Shown: one piece after another, positions 9,617-19,300 of the stretch
Layout of the letters: each line of letters starts with the position of its first letter
How positions within the stretch are numbered: position 1 is the first letter of the stretch
Assembly: GCA_963797895.1 (NCBI GenBank)
Contig: CAWCRD010000002.1
Span: 63,281 to 127,280 of the forward strand
Origin: an uncultured Acidobacteriaceae bacterium
GTDB lineage: Bacteria; Acidobacteriota; Terriglobia; Terriglobales; Acidobacteriaceae
Length of the DNA: 64,000 nucleotides
Reading direction: 5' to 3'
Notes under the pieces: generated by a model
What the model was told of the DNA's origin: nothing
Database searches by the model: none
The model's input: only the letters and a program-made list of their open reading frames with translations
Program-made: the position numbers and the translations under genes

Positions 9617-10319
9617 AGAGAATGCACTTCCACTTCCGGAGTTTGACCATTATGCTCGCTCCTATGCGGACTATCTCGATGATCCGCTCCGTGGCCGGTT
9701 TGCGCGCGACCCGCTCCACTTTCACCGCAGAAAATGGCTGCTGATTCAGAAACTGTTAAAACGTGCCGGCATGGATCCGGCCAAGTCGAAATGGTTGGAC
9801 GTGGGCTGCGGCCAAGGCAGTTTGCTGGAAGTAGCAGGTAAACATTTCTCTCAGGCATCGGGATGCGATCCATCTGCCGGCATGCTCTCCTCCTGCGCCG
9901 CATTTTCTGTACGGGAACAAGCTTCTCCGGTGGGGCTGCCATACGAAGACGGCTCCATGGACTTTGTAACCTCCGTGTGCGTCTACCATCACGTGCACGG
10001 CAACGATAGGACGTTGCTGACGAGAGAGATTCGGCGGGTCCTCGCGCCTGGGGGCCTGTACTGTATTGTCGAGCACAACCCATGGAACCCGGTGACCCGG
10101 ACCATCGTCGGGCGATGTGCGGTAGACGTGGATGCTGAGTTGTTAGCCGCTCGACATGCTGCTGGGCTCCTGAAAAATGGTGGCTTCGAGTTGCTGCGAA
10201 CCAGCTATTTTCTCTATCTCCCAGAGCAGTTGTTCGCTCACTTCGCCGTGATGGAGAGCCCTCTAGAATGTGTCCCGCTCGGGGGACAGTATGCCTTGCT
10301 TGCCCGGGCTCCCGTTTAA
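9597..10319 (+). CDS. Class I SAM-dependent methyltransferase
   Basis: Motif I LDVGCGQGSLLE and a Methyltransf_11-like core (VCVYHHV ... VLAPGGLYCIVEHN). The start overlaps the stop of the upstream gene by about 20 nt. Confidence 0.8.
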   Translation: MTTMLTRENALPLPEFDHYARSYADYLDDPLRGRFARDPLHFHRRKWLLIQKLLKRAGMDPAKSKWLDVGCGQGSLLEVAGKHFSQASGCDPSAGMLSSCAAFSVREQASPVGLPYEDGSMDFVTSVCVYHHVHGNDRTLLTREIRRVLAPGGLYCIVEHNPWNPVTRTIVGRCAVDVDAELLAARHAAGLLKNGGFELLRTSYFLYLPEQLFAHFAVMESPLECVPLGGQYALLARAPV

Positions 10320-10377
10320 GGCATATCAAATCAGGTGTGCTTGAGTGAATGTGCTTGCGGCCACTCGCATTCTGCCA

Positions 10378-13300
10378 TCAATGGAAATCATGAGAGCGGA
10401 CTTCCAGAGTTTGATCAGAAAGAGGCATTAGACGCGAAGCCTTCACATGTATCACGCCATCCTGGTTCTGCAGCGGCCCTTCTGCCAGGATGAACTTGCT
10501 GCGCGTAACCACCAGACGATTTCGCTCATAGAGATCCGGCGTAACGATGACATTGGCAATGCCGGTCTCATCTTCCATCGATAGAAAGATAAATCCCATC
10601 GCCGTACCGGGCCGCTGTCGGGCGATGACGCAACCGGCCGCCCGAACGAACTCGCCATCTTTGCGAGTTCTCAGTTCTGCTGCGGAAAGAACGTGTTGCA
10701 TCCGAAACTCGTGACGCCTATATGCCATGGGATGCTTATCAATCGTGAGTCCCGTGCCCGAATAGTCTGCCGCTAAGCGCTCCTCAGTTGTCATCTGTTG
10801 CAGTGGCGATATGCCGGAGGCCTCGCGTAAGGTCTCGCCTCCTTCGCGAAGAAGCGGCCCCTCGGGCTTGCCGGCGCGTTCGACCTGCCACAGCGCATCG
10901 CGGCGATGTTCTATTTCATCCAGCCAGTTCAAAGCTCCAATGCGGGCCAGCAGTGACAGCTCTTTTCGATTGAGAGATGGCACGCGAGCAGTGAGATCTT
11001 CTGTCGATTGGAATAGTCCATGCTCCTGGCGAGACCGGGCGATTGCCTCGCCAGATTGTTGCCGCAGCCCTTTCGCATAGCCGAGGCCGAGCCTTAGAGA
11101 GAGACTGCCATCTCTCTCGTGTTCGATGGTGCAAGCCCAATCGGAGATCTGAACATCGATCGGCTTCACCCGCAGTCCGTGTCGCTGCGCGTCTTTCACC
11201 AGAACAGCGGGCATGTAGAAGCCCATAGGCTGATTGTTGAGGATGGCAGCAGTGAACGCTGCGATGTACTTTACTTTGAAGTATGCCGAGGCATAGGCAA
11301 TCAGAGCGAAGCTGGCGGCATGTGACTCCGGGAAGCCATAGAGTGCAAACGAGCTGATGTTCTGGACGATAGTTTCCTGCGTAGCAACGTCGATTCCTTT
11401 CGCCGTCATGCCGGCTCGCAGCTTTCCTTCTAGATTCTTCATCCGTTCCCAGGAGCGTCGCATCCCGACTGCACGACGCAACTCTTCGGCCTCTGCGCCT
11501 GAGAAATTTGCCACCGTCATAGCCATGCGAAGAAGTTGTTCCTGAAACAGCGGCACGCCAAGCGTGCGCTTCAACACTGGTTCCAGTGAGGGATGTGGAT
11601 ATAAAACATCTTCTTTCCCCTGGCGACGTCGCATGTACGGATGCATCATCTTGCCCACAATCGGTCCTGGACGGATGATTGCAACCTGCACGACGAGGTC
11701 GTAGAACTTTGTCGGGTTGTTCCGCGGAAGCGACGCCATCTGGGCACGGCTCTCCACCTGAAACATGCCGACCGTATCGGCCCGTTGCAGCGTGCGGTAG
11801 ACTTCATCGTTTTCCGGCAACTGAGCCAGATCCACCTGCTCTCCGTAATGGCTGGGAATCAGCTCCAGACAATCCTTAAGAACCGCCATCATTCCTAGAC
11901 CGAGCAGGTCTACCTTGATGATGCCAAGATCGGCGCAATCCTCCTTGTCCCATTGAATGACGGTGCGGCCCGGCATCGATGCGCGTTCGAGCGGTACGGC
12001 ACGGTTCAATTGGCCCTGACAGATCACCATGCCGCCGGAGTGTTGCCCTAGGTGTCGTGGCAGACCCTGAATGCGCATGCAGAGATCGAGGTACTTCGCA
12101 ATGCGCGGATGCTGCAGGTCGAAGCCTGCATTCTGAAAGGAGTGGGCCATCGTATCGGTTGGGCCGCGCCACTCAAAGTGCTGAACAAGGCTGGATAGCC
12201 GCTGCAACGATTCAGGATCGAAACCAAGAGCCTTGCCCACTTCACGCGCTGCGGATTTGCCGCGATAGGTGATGACATTTGCTGTCATGGCGGCGCCCAA
12301 TTCGCCGTAGCGCTGATAAATGTATTGAATTGCTTTTTCACGGTCATCTTCTGAGGGCAGATCGAGATCGATGTCAGGCCACTCTCCACGGCTCTCGCTC
12401 AGGAAACGTTCAAACAGAAGATCCATCCCGACCGGATCGATAGCCGTGATTTCAAGTGCATAACAAACGGCGGAGTTCGCGGCGCTGCCCCGGCCCTGGA
12501 TAAGGATGTTGCGCTCTTTGCAGAACTGCACAATATCCCAGACGATCAGGAAGTATCCGGCAAAGCCGAGCTTTGCGATGAGATTGAGTTCGTGTTCAGC
12601 CTGCTTCTTCGCCCGATCAAACAATGCCAGATCGCGCTTCGGACTATACCGGCGAACCAGGCCTTCCTCGACACGCTTGCGGAGAAAACTATCCATGTTC
12701 TCGCCATCTGGCACTGGATAACGGGGAAATTCATATCCCAGATCCGCCAACTCAAATTGCAGTCGCGAGGAGAGATCTGCCGTGCTCTCTATCGCACCTG
12801 GAATGTCGCTGAACAAAGCCGCCATCTCGTGAGCGGAACGAAGATACCGTTGCTGGTTAATCGCCAGAAGACGACCGGCACGATCGAGTTCTGCGTGATT
12901 GCGGATCGCGGTAAACAGATCGAGGATCTCGCGGTCATAAGCAGAGGCGTATCGCACGCCATTTGTCGCGAGTACGGGCAGCTTTAACGAACGCGCAACG
13001 CGAAGGGCAGCCTGATTCCTCCACTCCTGCTCGCGCTCTTGATGGCGCTGAAGCTCGACGTAGACGTTTTTGGGTCCGAAGATGCTGACCAGCCTTTCAA
13101 CTGCTTTCCGGCCAGATTCCTCACCACCGCGCATCAAGGCAGCAGCCAGAGGCCCTTCATCGCCTCCCGTCAAGCAAACCAACCCAGAGGCATATTGCTC
13201 AAGATCGTCGAAGCTGGCTGATCCTTCCTGCTTTATCGTCTCCCTCATCTTGAACTGCGTGATGAGCCGGCATAGATTCTGATAGCCCTCACGAGACTCG

Positions 13301-13596
13301 CACAGCAGCGGCAGGCGAGCTGGTTCCGCGACATGCTGATGGGGTAGCCATGCCGATGGCGTGAGACGCGGGCCTAAGCTCGATAATGCGATCTCCGCTC
13401 CGACATGTGCACGAATGTCATTCAACTTCGCGCTGGTATGGAACCGTGCAGAGCCATAGACACCATTACGATCGAGCAGCGCCATCGCCGGCATCTCCAG
13501 TTCGACCGCACGCTCAATAAGCTGCTCCGGTTGTGAAGCTCCTTCGAGAAAGCTGAAGGCGCTGGCAGCGTGCAGCTCGATGTACCGGCTAGTCAT
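10378..13596 (-). CDS. dnaE2: Error-prone DNA polymerase III alpha-like subunit DnaE2 (ImuC)
   Basis: About 1070 aa. PHP N-terminus MTSRYIELHAASAFSFLEGAS, polymerase core, and C-terminal OB region. It lies downstream of imuA-imuB. The start at 13596 overlaps the imuB stop. Confidence 0.95.
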   Translation of the reverse strand: MTSRYIELHAASAFSFLEGASQPEQLIERAVELEMPAMALLDRNGVYGSARFHTSAKLNDIRAHVGAEIALSSLGPRLTPSAWLPHQHVAEPARLPLLCESREGYQNLCRLITQFKMRETIKQEGSASFDDLEQYASGLVCLTGGDEGPLAAALMRGGEESGRKAVERLVSIFGPKNVYVELQRHQEREQEWRNQAALRVARSLKLPVLATNGVRYASAYDREILDLFTAIRNHAELDRAGRLLAINQQRYLRSAHEMAALFSDIPGAIESTADLSSRLQFELADLGYEFPRYPVPDGENMDSFLRKRVEEGLVRRYSPKRDLALFDRAKKQAEHELNLIAKLGFAGYFLIVWDIVQFCKERNILIQGRGSAANSAVCYALEITAIDPVGMDLLFERFLSESRGEWPDIDLDLPSEDDREKAIQYIYQRYGELGAAMTANVITYRGKSAAREVGKALGFDPESLQRLSSLVQHFEWRGPTDTMAHSFQNAGFDLQHPRIAKYLDLCMRIQGLPRHLGQHSGGMVICQGQLNRAVPLERASMPGRTVIQWDKEDCADLGIIKVDLLGLGMMAVLKDCLELIPSHYGEQVDLAQLPENDEVYRTLQRADTVGMFQVESRAQMASLPRNNPTKFYDLVVQVAIIRPGPIVGKMMHPYMRRRQGKEDVLYPHPSLEPVLKRTLGVPLFQEQLLRMAMTVANFSGAEAEELRRAVGMRRSWERMKNLEGKLRAGMTAKGIDVATQETIVQNISSFALYGFPESHAASFALIAYASAYFKVKYIAAFTAAILNNQPMGFYMPAVLVKDAQRHGLRVKPIDVQISDWACTIEHERDGSLSLRLGLGYAKGLRQQSGEAIARSRQEHGLFQSTEDLTARVPSLNRKELSLLARIGALNWLDEIEHRRDALWQVERAGKPEGPLLREGGETLREASGISPLQQMTTEERLAADYSGTGLTIDKHPMAYRRHEFRMQHVLSAAELRTRKDGEFVRAAGCVIARQRPGTAMGFIFLSMEDETGIANVIVTPDLYERNRLVVTRSKFILAEGPLQNQDGVIHVKASRLMPLSDQTLEVRSHDFH

Positions 13597-15096
13597 AGAG
13601 CGCCGCCATCCGCCATACGCCTTGCATAAGGTCACGCATGATGCAGCAGCAGAGCAGGGAACCGTCCTTCCCCCGCGCCACTATGTCCCATTGCTCAAAT
13701 CCCCAGAGTGTCAGGTTCCACCAGTCTCCTTCTGCAAGCCACGGACCATAGGCGCGTTCCACTGTGTAACGCTGGTCGCGAAAGAAGAACGTTCCCGGTC
13801 GCGAACTTTGCAGAGCGACCGAAACTGTCTCTGGTGGACGAAGCTGCCGTATTGCGGCTCGCTGTTCCGAAGGCGTAACTGCCGCAGAGTTGCCGGAAGG
13901 TACAGTGAAAGACTCGATATGAAAACCTTCTGGCGCATGTGTGTCTTCGAGCACAGCATGGCCAACATTCCCCTCGCCAACGATGGCGCTGATGCGAGCA
14001 AGCGTGACATCCAGACGAGCTGCTTCAGGAAATTCGGGGAAAAGATTCCAAGCTGCACCTTACTTGTGCTGCCCGGCTCAGCGTGAAGGGCAATGGCAAG
14101 GATAGATGCCTGCGGCGGATGTGCTTCGAGGTCGAGATGCAGCAGCTTGATCCAAAGCTGTTTGTCTGTACTGGGCAGAGCAGGCCGGACGGTGCGCCTA
14201 TGCGATCCTCCACCATCCAGCGATAGTGTGATGGTTATAGAGGCTAACGCCATGATTTGTGTCTTCGCGCGCAGAATGAGCTGATCGACCATGACACCGA
14301 TGACAAATAGCAAGGAATCCAGCAGTTCGACGGGCGTATCCAGCGCCACTTGTTCTTCAAGCACGAAGGCCGGCTCTACGGGCTGGAACAGATGCGGCAG
14401 TTCGCCGCGGGCCTGCTGACGAAGGCGCTTGCCCTCCTGGCCCATGCGGGAGATCAATTCTTCCTCGGGGAGAGCTGCCAGCATCCCAACCGTGCGAATG
14501 CCCCACAACGCGAAGGTCTCCGCCTGTCCTTCCGTTAAATCGAGAACAGCCAATGGTAAAGGTGCAAGCACCGGTGCTTCTTCACCTGGCTCAATCACTT
14601 GAACGGGAAGATTGTGAGGCAGGCCCCTGGCCAGGCAAACAGAAGCATGAAAGTTGCTGCTGACCGTAATCTGAGCCGAGATCCCAAGAGATCTCACCCG
14701 CTCCAGCAAATTCCGCGACAGCATCTCCGGCGAGCCGAAGAGATTGTGCGTTCCGGTAATGTCGATGCAGCAAAGGAAAACCATATCTTCGCTCAGAACT
14801 TCGATACGCGGCGAAAACGCTCCTGCGCACTCCAGCAGAACGGTCTTGGTTGCCTCTTCTGTGTGCCGCGAACGGGAGAGCGCTACAGCGTCTGCGAATG
14901 TATCGACCTCCACTCGCGTCATCCCATGGCTCATGCCACGAAGCCGCGCCTTGGTGGTGAGCGAGCAAATCTGCTCGGACGGTGGCTTTCCGTCCATCAC
15001 CACACAGGCGGAGTTATGCAACTCCGGCCGCAGGCGTAGCAGCGCCTGCGCAGGAAACTCTCTCGCATACAGGCACGCATACAATTCCCTCATCAT
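13589..15096 (-). pseudogene. imuB: imuB (Y-family polymerase-like protein of the mutagenesis cassette), interrupted by a 1-nt frameshift near 14036-14043
   Basis: ORF 13711..15129 gives the ImuB N-terminal part and core. The typical ImuB C-terminus (LEDTHAPEGFHIESF ... GPWLAEGDWW ... EQWDIV ... LYD) is in another frame (ORF 13589..13954, open back to 14059). The likely start ATG at 15096 overlaps the imuA stop (ATGA). Confidence 0.85.
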
Positions 15097-16127
15097 CTGC
15101 GGCCTGTCCACGTTGTCCGACTCTGCCATGAGGCAGCGCGCTCGTTTTGCGGCGGCTTCCGGAGAGGAACGAGATTGCTGTCAGCGGATTCAGTGAATCG
15201 CTGGCGCGCCACGATCACGCGCGACTTGATCCCGGTAAAGACGGTCGTCTCATTGCAGAGCGCTTCTGCCGGTTCAAGCCGAAGCAACAACTCGGCACTG
15301 CTCTTCGCACAGCCATATTGCGTCAGGAGCAGGATGCTGGACTGCGTTCTCTCAGCAGCGGCTCGATAACGAAACCATGTCGCGAGTGGAATGCGTGACA
15401 CGATCTCCGGTGCCAAACCGCCCATGTCCAGCACAACAGCGCTGAAGCCTCCGCCCTGGAGTAGCAGATCGGTGGTGCGCAATGCCTGTTCAATTCGTGA
15501 CCACGGCTTCGAGTGCGAAGCACGGGGTATCGCTGTCGAAGTTGTCTTGTAGCCAGGCTCAAAGGTGTGCTGGCTCGCTCGAGCACGGCGCTGCGGTTCC
15601 GCACATCGCGGAGCAATTGCATCTTGTTTCAGCAAGCCGGCGACGGCATCCGAAAGCCCTTTCACCTCGTTGCGCGGATGAGAGCCAAAGCCTCCGCCAT
15701 GCAGGCCTTTCTTAATCGGAGGAGGCACATAGTACCTCTCAGGCAAAACGAAATCACACTTCCGGCGTGTGACATCTGGCTGTGACACGCCACAGCGTAC
15801 CCAGAGCAAACGCGCGAGATTGATTCCCGCGGCGGCAGCAGATAGGGGATCGAATGCGTTCGAGACATCGATCCACGCGCACACTTTTTCTGCCCGGATC
15901 AATTGTGCAAGGAACGAAAACGCAACGGAGGTGCGGCCGGAGCACTCCGAGCCGACCATTTCGCTGATAGCTCCAATAGGCAGGCCACCCCGGAGCACAT
16001 CGTCCAGCGGTCCAATGCCAGTAGCGGCAACCGGCCGCTTCATTTTCTGAGCAGGCGTAAGTGCCGAAGGAATCCTGTGCGCGAGTGTCGATTCGATCTG
16101 ATGGCGGAGTGCGTAGGCGGAGGTCAT
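15093..16127 (-). CDS. imuA: ImuA (RecA/SulA-like protein of the imuA-imuB-dnaE2 cassette)
   Basis: 344 aa. RecA-like P-loop remnant: GIGPLDDVLRGGLPIGAISEMVGSECSGRTSVAFSFLAQ. It is the first gene of the cassette. Confidence 0.8.
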   Translation of the reverse strand: MTSAYALRHQIESTLAHRIPSALTPAQKMKRPVAATGIGPLDDVLRGGLPIGAISEMVGSECSGRTSVAFSFLAQLIRAEKVCAWIDVSNAFDPLSAAAAGINLARLLWVRCGVSQPDVTRRKCDFVLPERYYVPPPIKKGLHGGGFGSHPRNEVKGLSDAVAGLLKQDAIAPRCAEPQRRARASQHTFEPGYKTTSTAIPRASHSKPWSRIEQALRTTDLLLQGGGFSAVVLDMGGLAPEIVSRIPLATWFRYRAAAERTQSSILLLTQYGCAKSSAELLLRLEPAEALCNETTVFTGIKSRVIVARQRFTESADSNLVPLRKPPQNERAASWQSRTTWTGRR

Positions 16128-16160
16128 TTCGGACGTCTTCGCCTTATATTCGCCTACGAT

Positions 16161-16202
16161 GTGCAGTCTGTGTCAAAGGGTCCTGCACTATCCCCTGTGC
16201 AG
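16161..16202 (-). promoter_or_regulatory. Candidate SOS/LexA-type operator overlapping a TTGACA -35 box upstream of imuA
   Basis: On the minus strand: CTGCAC-N8-GTGCAG-N6-TTGACA-N4-CTGCAC. This gives a 20-bp palindrome at 16183..16202 and a third half-site at 16161..16166, 34-75 nt upstream of the imuA start. Confidence 0.3.
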
Positions 16203-16346
16203 CAAGGGATGCAAGGTCATGAAAGATCGTGGATTAACAAATTTGTAAGTAATTCCTGTGTATGGCGGATATCCAAGACGTTCGCCAGACAGTCATGGCC
16301 ACGCACAGCAGGCAGATGCTCAATGCATCATTCATCGGGACCATGG

Positions 16347-19300
16347 TTAAGGTGTTTTGGCAGCTTTTTCGGAGCCCATGTCAGCCTCTGCGATGCGCGC
16401 CTGCCATAAGAGCGGATCAGTTTCTAAAGCGAGATGAAAATCACGATTGGCCCGCTCCGCATTGCCACTGTAGAGCTCGGCCATGCCGGCGCGGAAGTAA
16501 TCAGCTGCGGTCACGGTGGGACTCTCGGCGTTGGCAATGCACTGTTCGAGTAGTTGCCGCGCCAACGTGTCCTGTCCCAATTTTCTATACGCCAGCGCAG
16601 AGAACACGTTGGCCTTTACCTCAGGCCCTGTGGTGGCCTTCGTCCATGCCGTTGTGGCGTCGTCCCGTTTGCCTTGCATTTCCAGTGCCGCGCCCAGCCA
16701 GTAGAGTTGCTCGGCCAACCCAGGGTCTACGGGCTCACCGGTCCCGAGGTTTTCCGGATATCGCATCGCCTCCTGAAAATCCTGTGCTGCTTCTTGCGGC
16801 TTATGTGCAGCAAGCGCCATTTTGCCCTTTTCTATATTGGCGCGGACGAAGATGTTGTGGACGATGACACCGCCTTCCCATGGTTTGAAGGTGTGATCCC
16901 TAAGCAACGCCAGCGCCTGATCTGGCTGTAGCTGTTCGAGAAAGAAGAGCGCATGACGAGCCCTTATCGTGTCGCGATCCAATACATCGGTAGGCGCGCC
17001 CTGAAACAATGTGGTTCGCGCGGCGGTATCGCCGACTTGTTCATAGATCTCATCGATGTCTTCATAGAGCCTGTAGTCTTTCGGACTGAGTGCGATCGCA
17101 TGCAAATAGTATTTAGCGGCATTTGGTAGATCGCCTTTGATCCGCCACTCGTAAACACCGAGATTGCGCAGCAGCACAGAATTTTCAAATTTTTGCTCGA
17201 GCGCTTCCGACCATAGCGCAGCGGCTTCGTCGTATCGCGAGTGCGCGAACAGGAAGTTGCCGAGAGCGTATTTGGCATGCGAATCCTGCGGGTTGTGGTG
17301 GACCGCTTCATTGAGAATCGCCGCGTCCGTGATCGTGTTCGGAAAGACTTCTGCGATGGGAAGGGAAGCCGCCTTTGCCGCAAACTCTGCCGCCTGCTCT
17401 TTGTCCATTTGCCGGCTGTTCGCCGCGAGATAGTAATACACCATGGGAGAGAGATCCCGTGCAGGCAGCGCGGCTATGGCGGCGTTGAGTACAGCATCGG
17501 AGGATTGCCACACACCAAGATCGTGATACCAGGCGGCGACGGCGAGATAGTTTTGCGGATCGGAGCTGATGGTTTGTGTCCAGGACCGAGCCGCATCCGT
17601 ATCCTGCCAGTGTTCTGCCAGTGCATAGGGCAGCAGCGGCATCTGTTCAACGGCCTTTCTGGAGGCTGCGGCAGCGGCCTGCAAATTTCCATTCAGGCGC
17701 TCGGCCACGGCCAGATCAGCCAATGCAAGCGCGTCGGTAGGTTTGTGATCGACGGCCTGCTGAAGAAGATCGACTGCATTCGCGTTGTCATGCTGACGGA
17801 TGGCAATCTCACCCAGTTCCATGTATGCCGGCGAAAGCGACAGCCCCGGCATAGAACGCGGACCATAGTGAATGACAGACCAGAAAGCATCGGCGGCGAG
17901 CGAAAGACGGTCCTGAGCCCGATAGACGAGACCCGCCGCATAGGCCACCATCGGATTTTCAATGTCACGCTGTTGCGCGAGATCGATAAGGTGTTCCGCG
18001 CTGGCGAAATCTGCTGCGCGATAGGAGTAGAAGGCCTCATCGAGCAGTGCAGGGATATAGCCGGGATCGCGCTGCAATACCTGTCGATAGATCTTGCGTG
18101 CGCCATCAATATCGCCTCTCTTCTGCAGAAAGACCCCCTGCAGATAGAGCTGTTCCAAAGGCGTTTGGGGTGTGATGGAGATGGGTGTTTCAAGCGGCTT
18201 TCCGACAGATGGAATCAGGTTTGGGTTTCCATCGATCGGATCCGATGCCGACCACGCGAGGAGCGGCTTGCCGGTCTGGGACTTCACCTCGACGTGGAGG
18301 TCCTTCCTGGCGCGGTCGAGGTCTGGCACGGGGATTGTGTATGCGGCTGCGTGGAGGGGAGTCCACTCGACGTTTTGAATGGTGCGCAGCAGCGTCGATC
18401 CCAGGCTCACTACCACCGTGGCGTTTCGGACGGCGTCAACCGGACTGAAGAGAAGCTTCACCTTGCCGGATTGGGCTGAGCCTGTCTGAATAGTTGAAGC
18501 CGCTTGCAGAAAGCTGACGTTGAGAGCCATTTCACTGCTGGCTTCCACGAAGCCGCCGTCGAGACCGGAGACGGGATACCAGTACTCGGTCCACTGCTCC
18601 ACACGCCTCGGTTCCATGAACTCGCGGTAGCCCTGCGTTGCGAACCGTCCGCTTTGGATCTCGTTGTATGGGCCATCGTCATCGCTCAGGATGTGGTCCC
18701 AGATTCTGCCGCTGCGGGCCGTTCCCCAGCTCCATACTTTTTTGCCGGGGTCCTGGCGAAAGTCGGATACGTGAACGATGCCGTAGTTCGCCTCGTGGTA
18801 GTAAACACCGAAGAAATTGCGATGGACATCGCGGGCGAAGATCGCCATCGCGCTGGGATCGTTCTTGTACCAGCTTTGATCGACGCCCTTCCAAGTTGGC
18901 CAGCTTTGCACGATGGCGAATGGATCATCGGAGATCGTCTCGCGCATGGGGTAGATGTACTGCAGATCATTCGTGGCGGGTACCGCGGTGTTCGTCCAGA
19001 AGAGATACAGGTTGCTCAATGGCGTTGCATTGAAAAGCGTGACTCGCTCTTCCAGCCGGGCAGTATCGGGCCGCAGAGTGAGCGCGATCTCCCAATACAT
19101 ATTCGAAACCCAATCGATTGCCCCGATGAGAGCCGTAGCGCTGCCATCCGAATTCTGATGCAAGGCAGACTCGACGTTCGAGACGGTGTCCGTCGTATGC
19201 GCGAAGGGGAAGCTGAATTCTATGCCGCCGGCGATCCATGCTCCGCGCGGGCCGACCAGGCCATATTTGATGACATTGTTGCGGTACAGCATCTCTCTAC

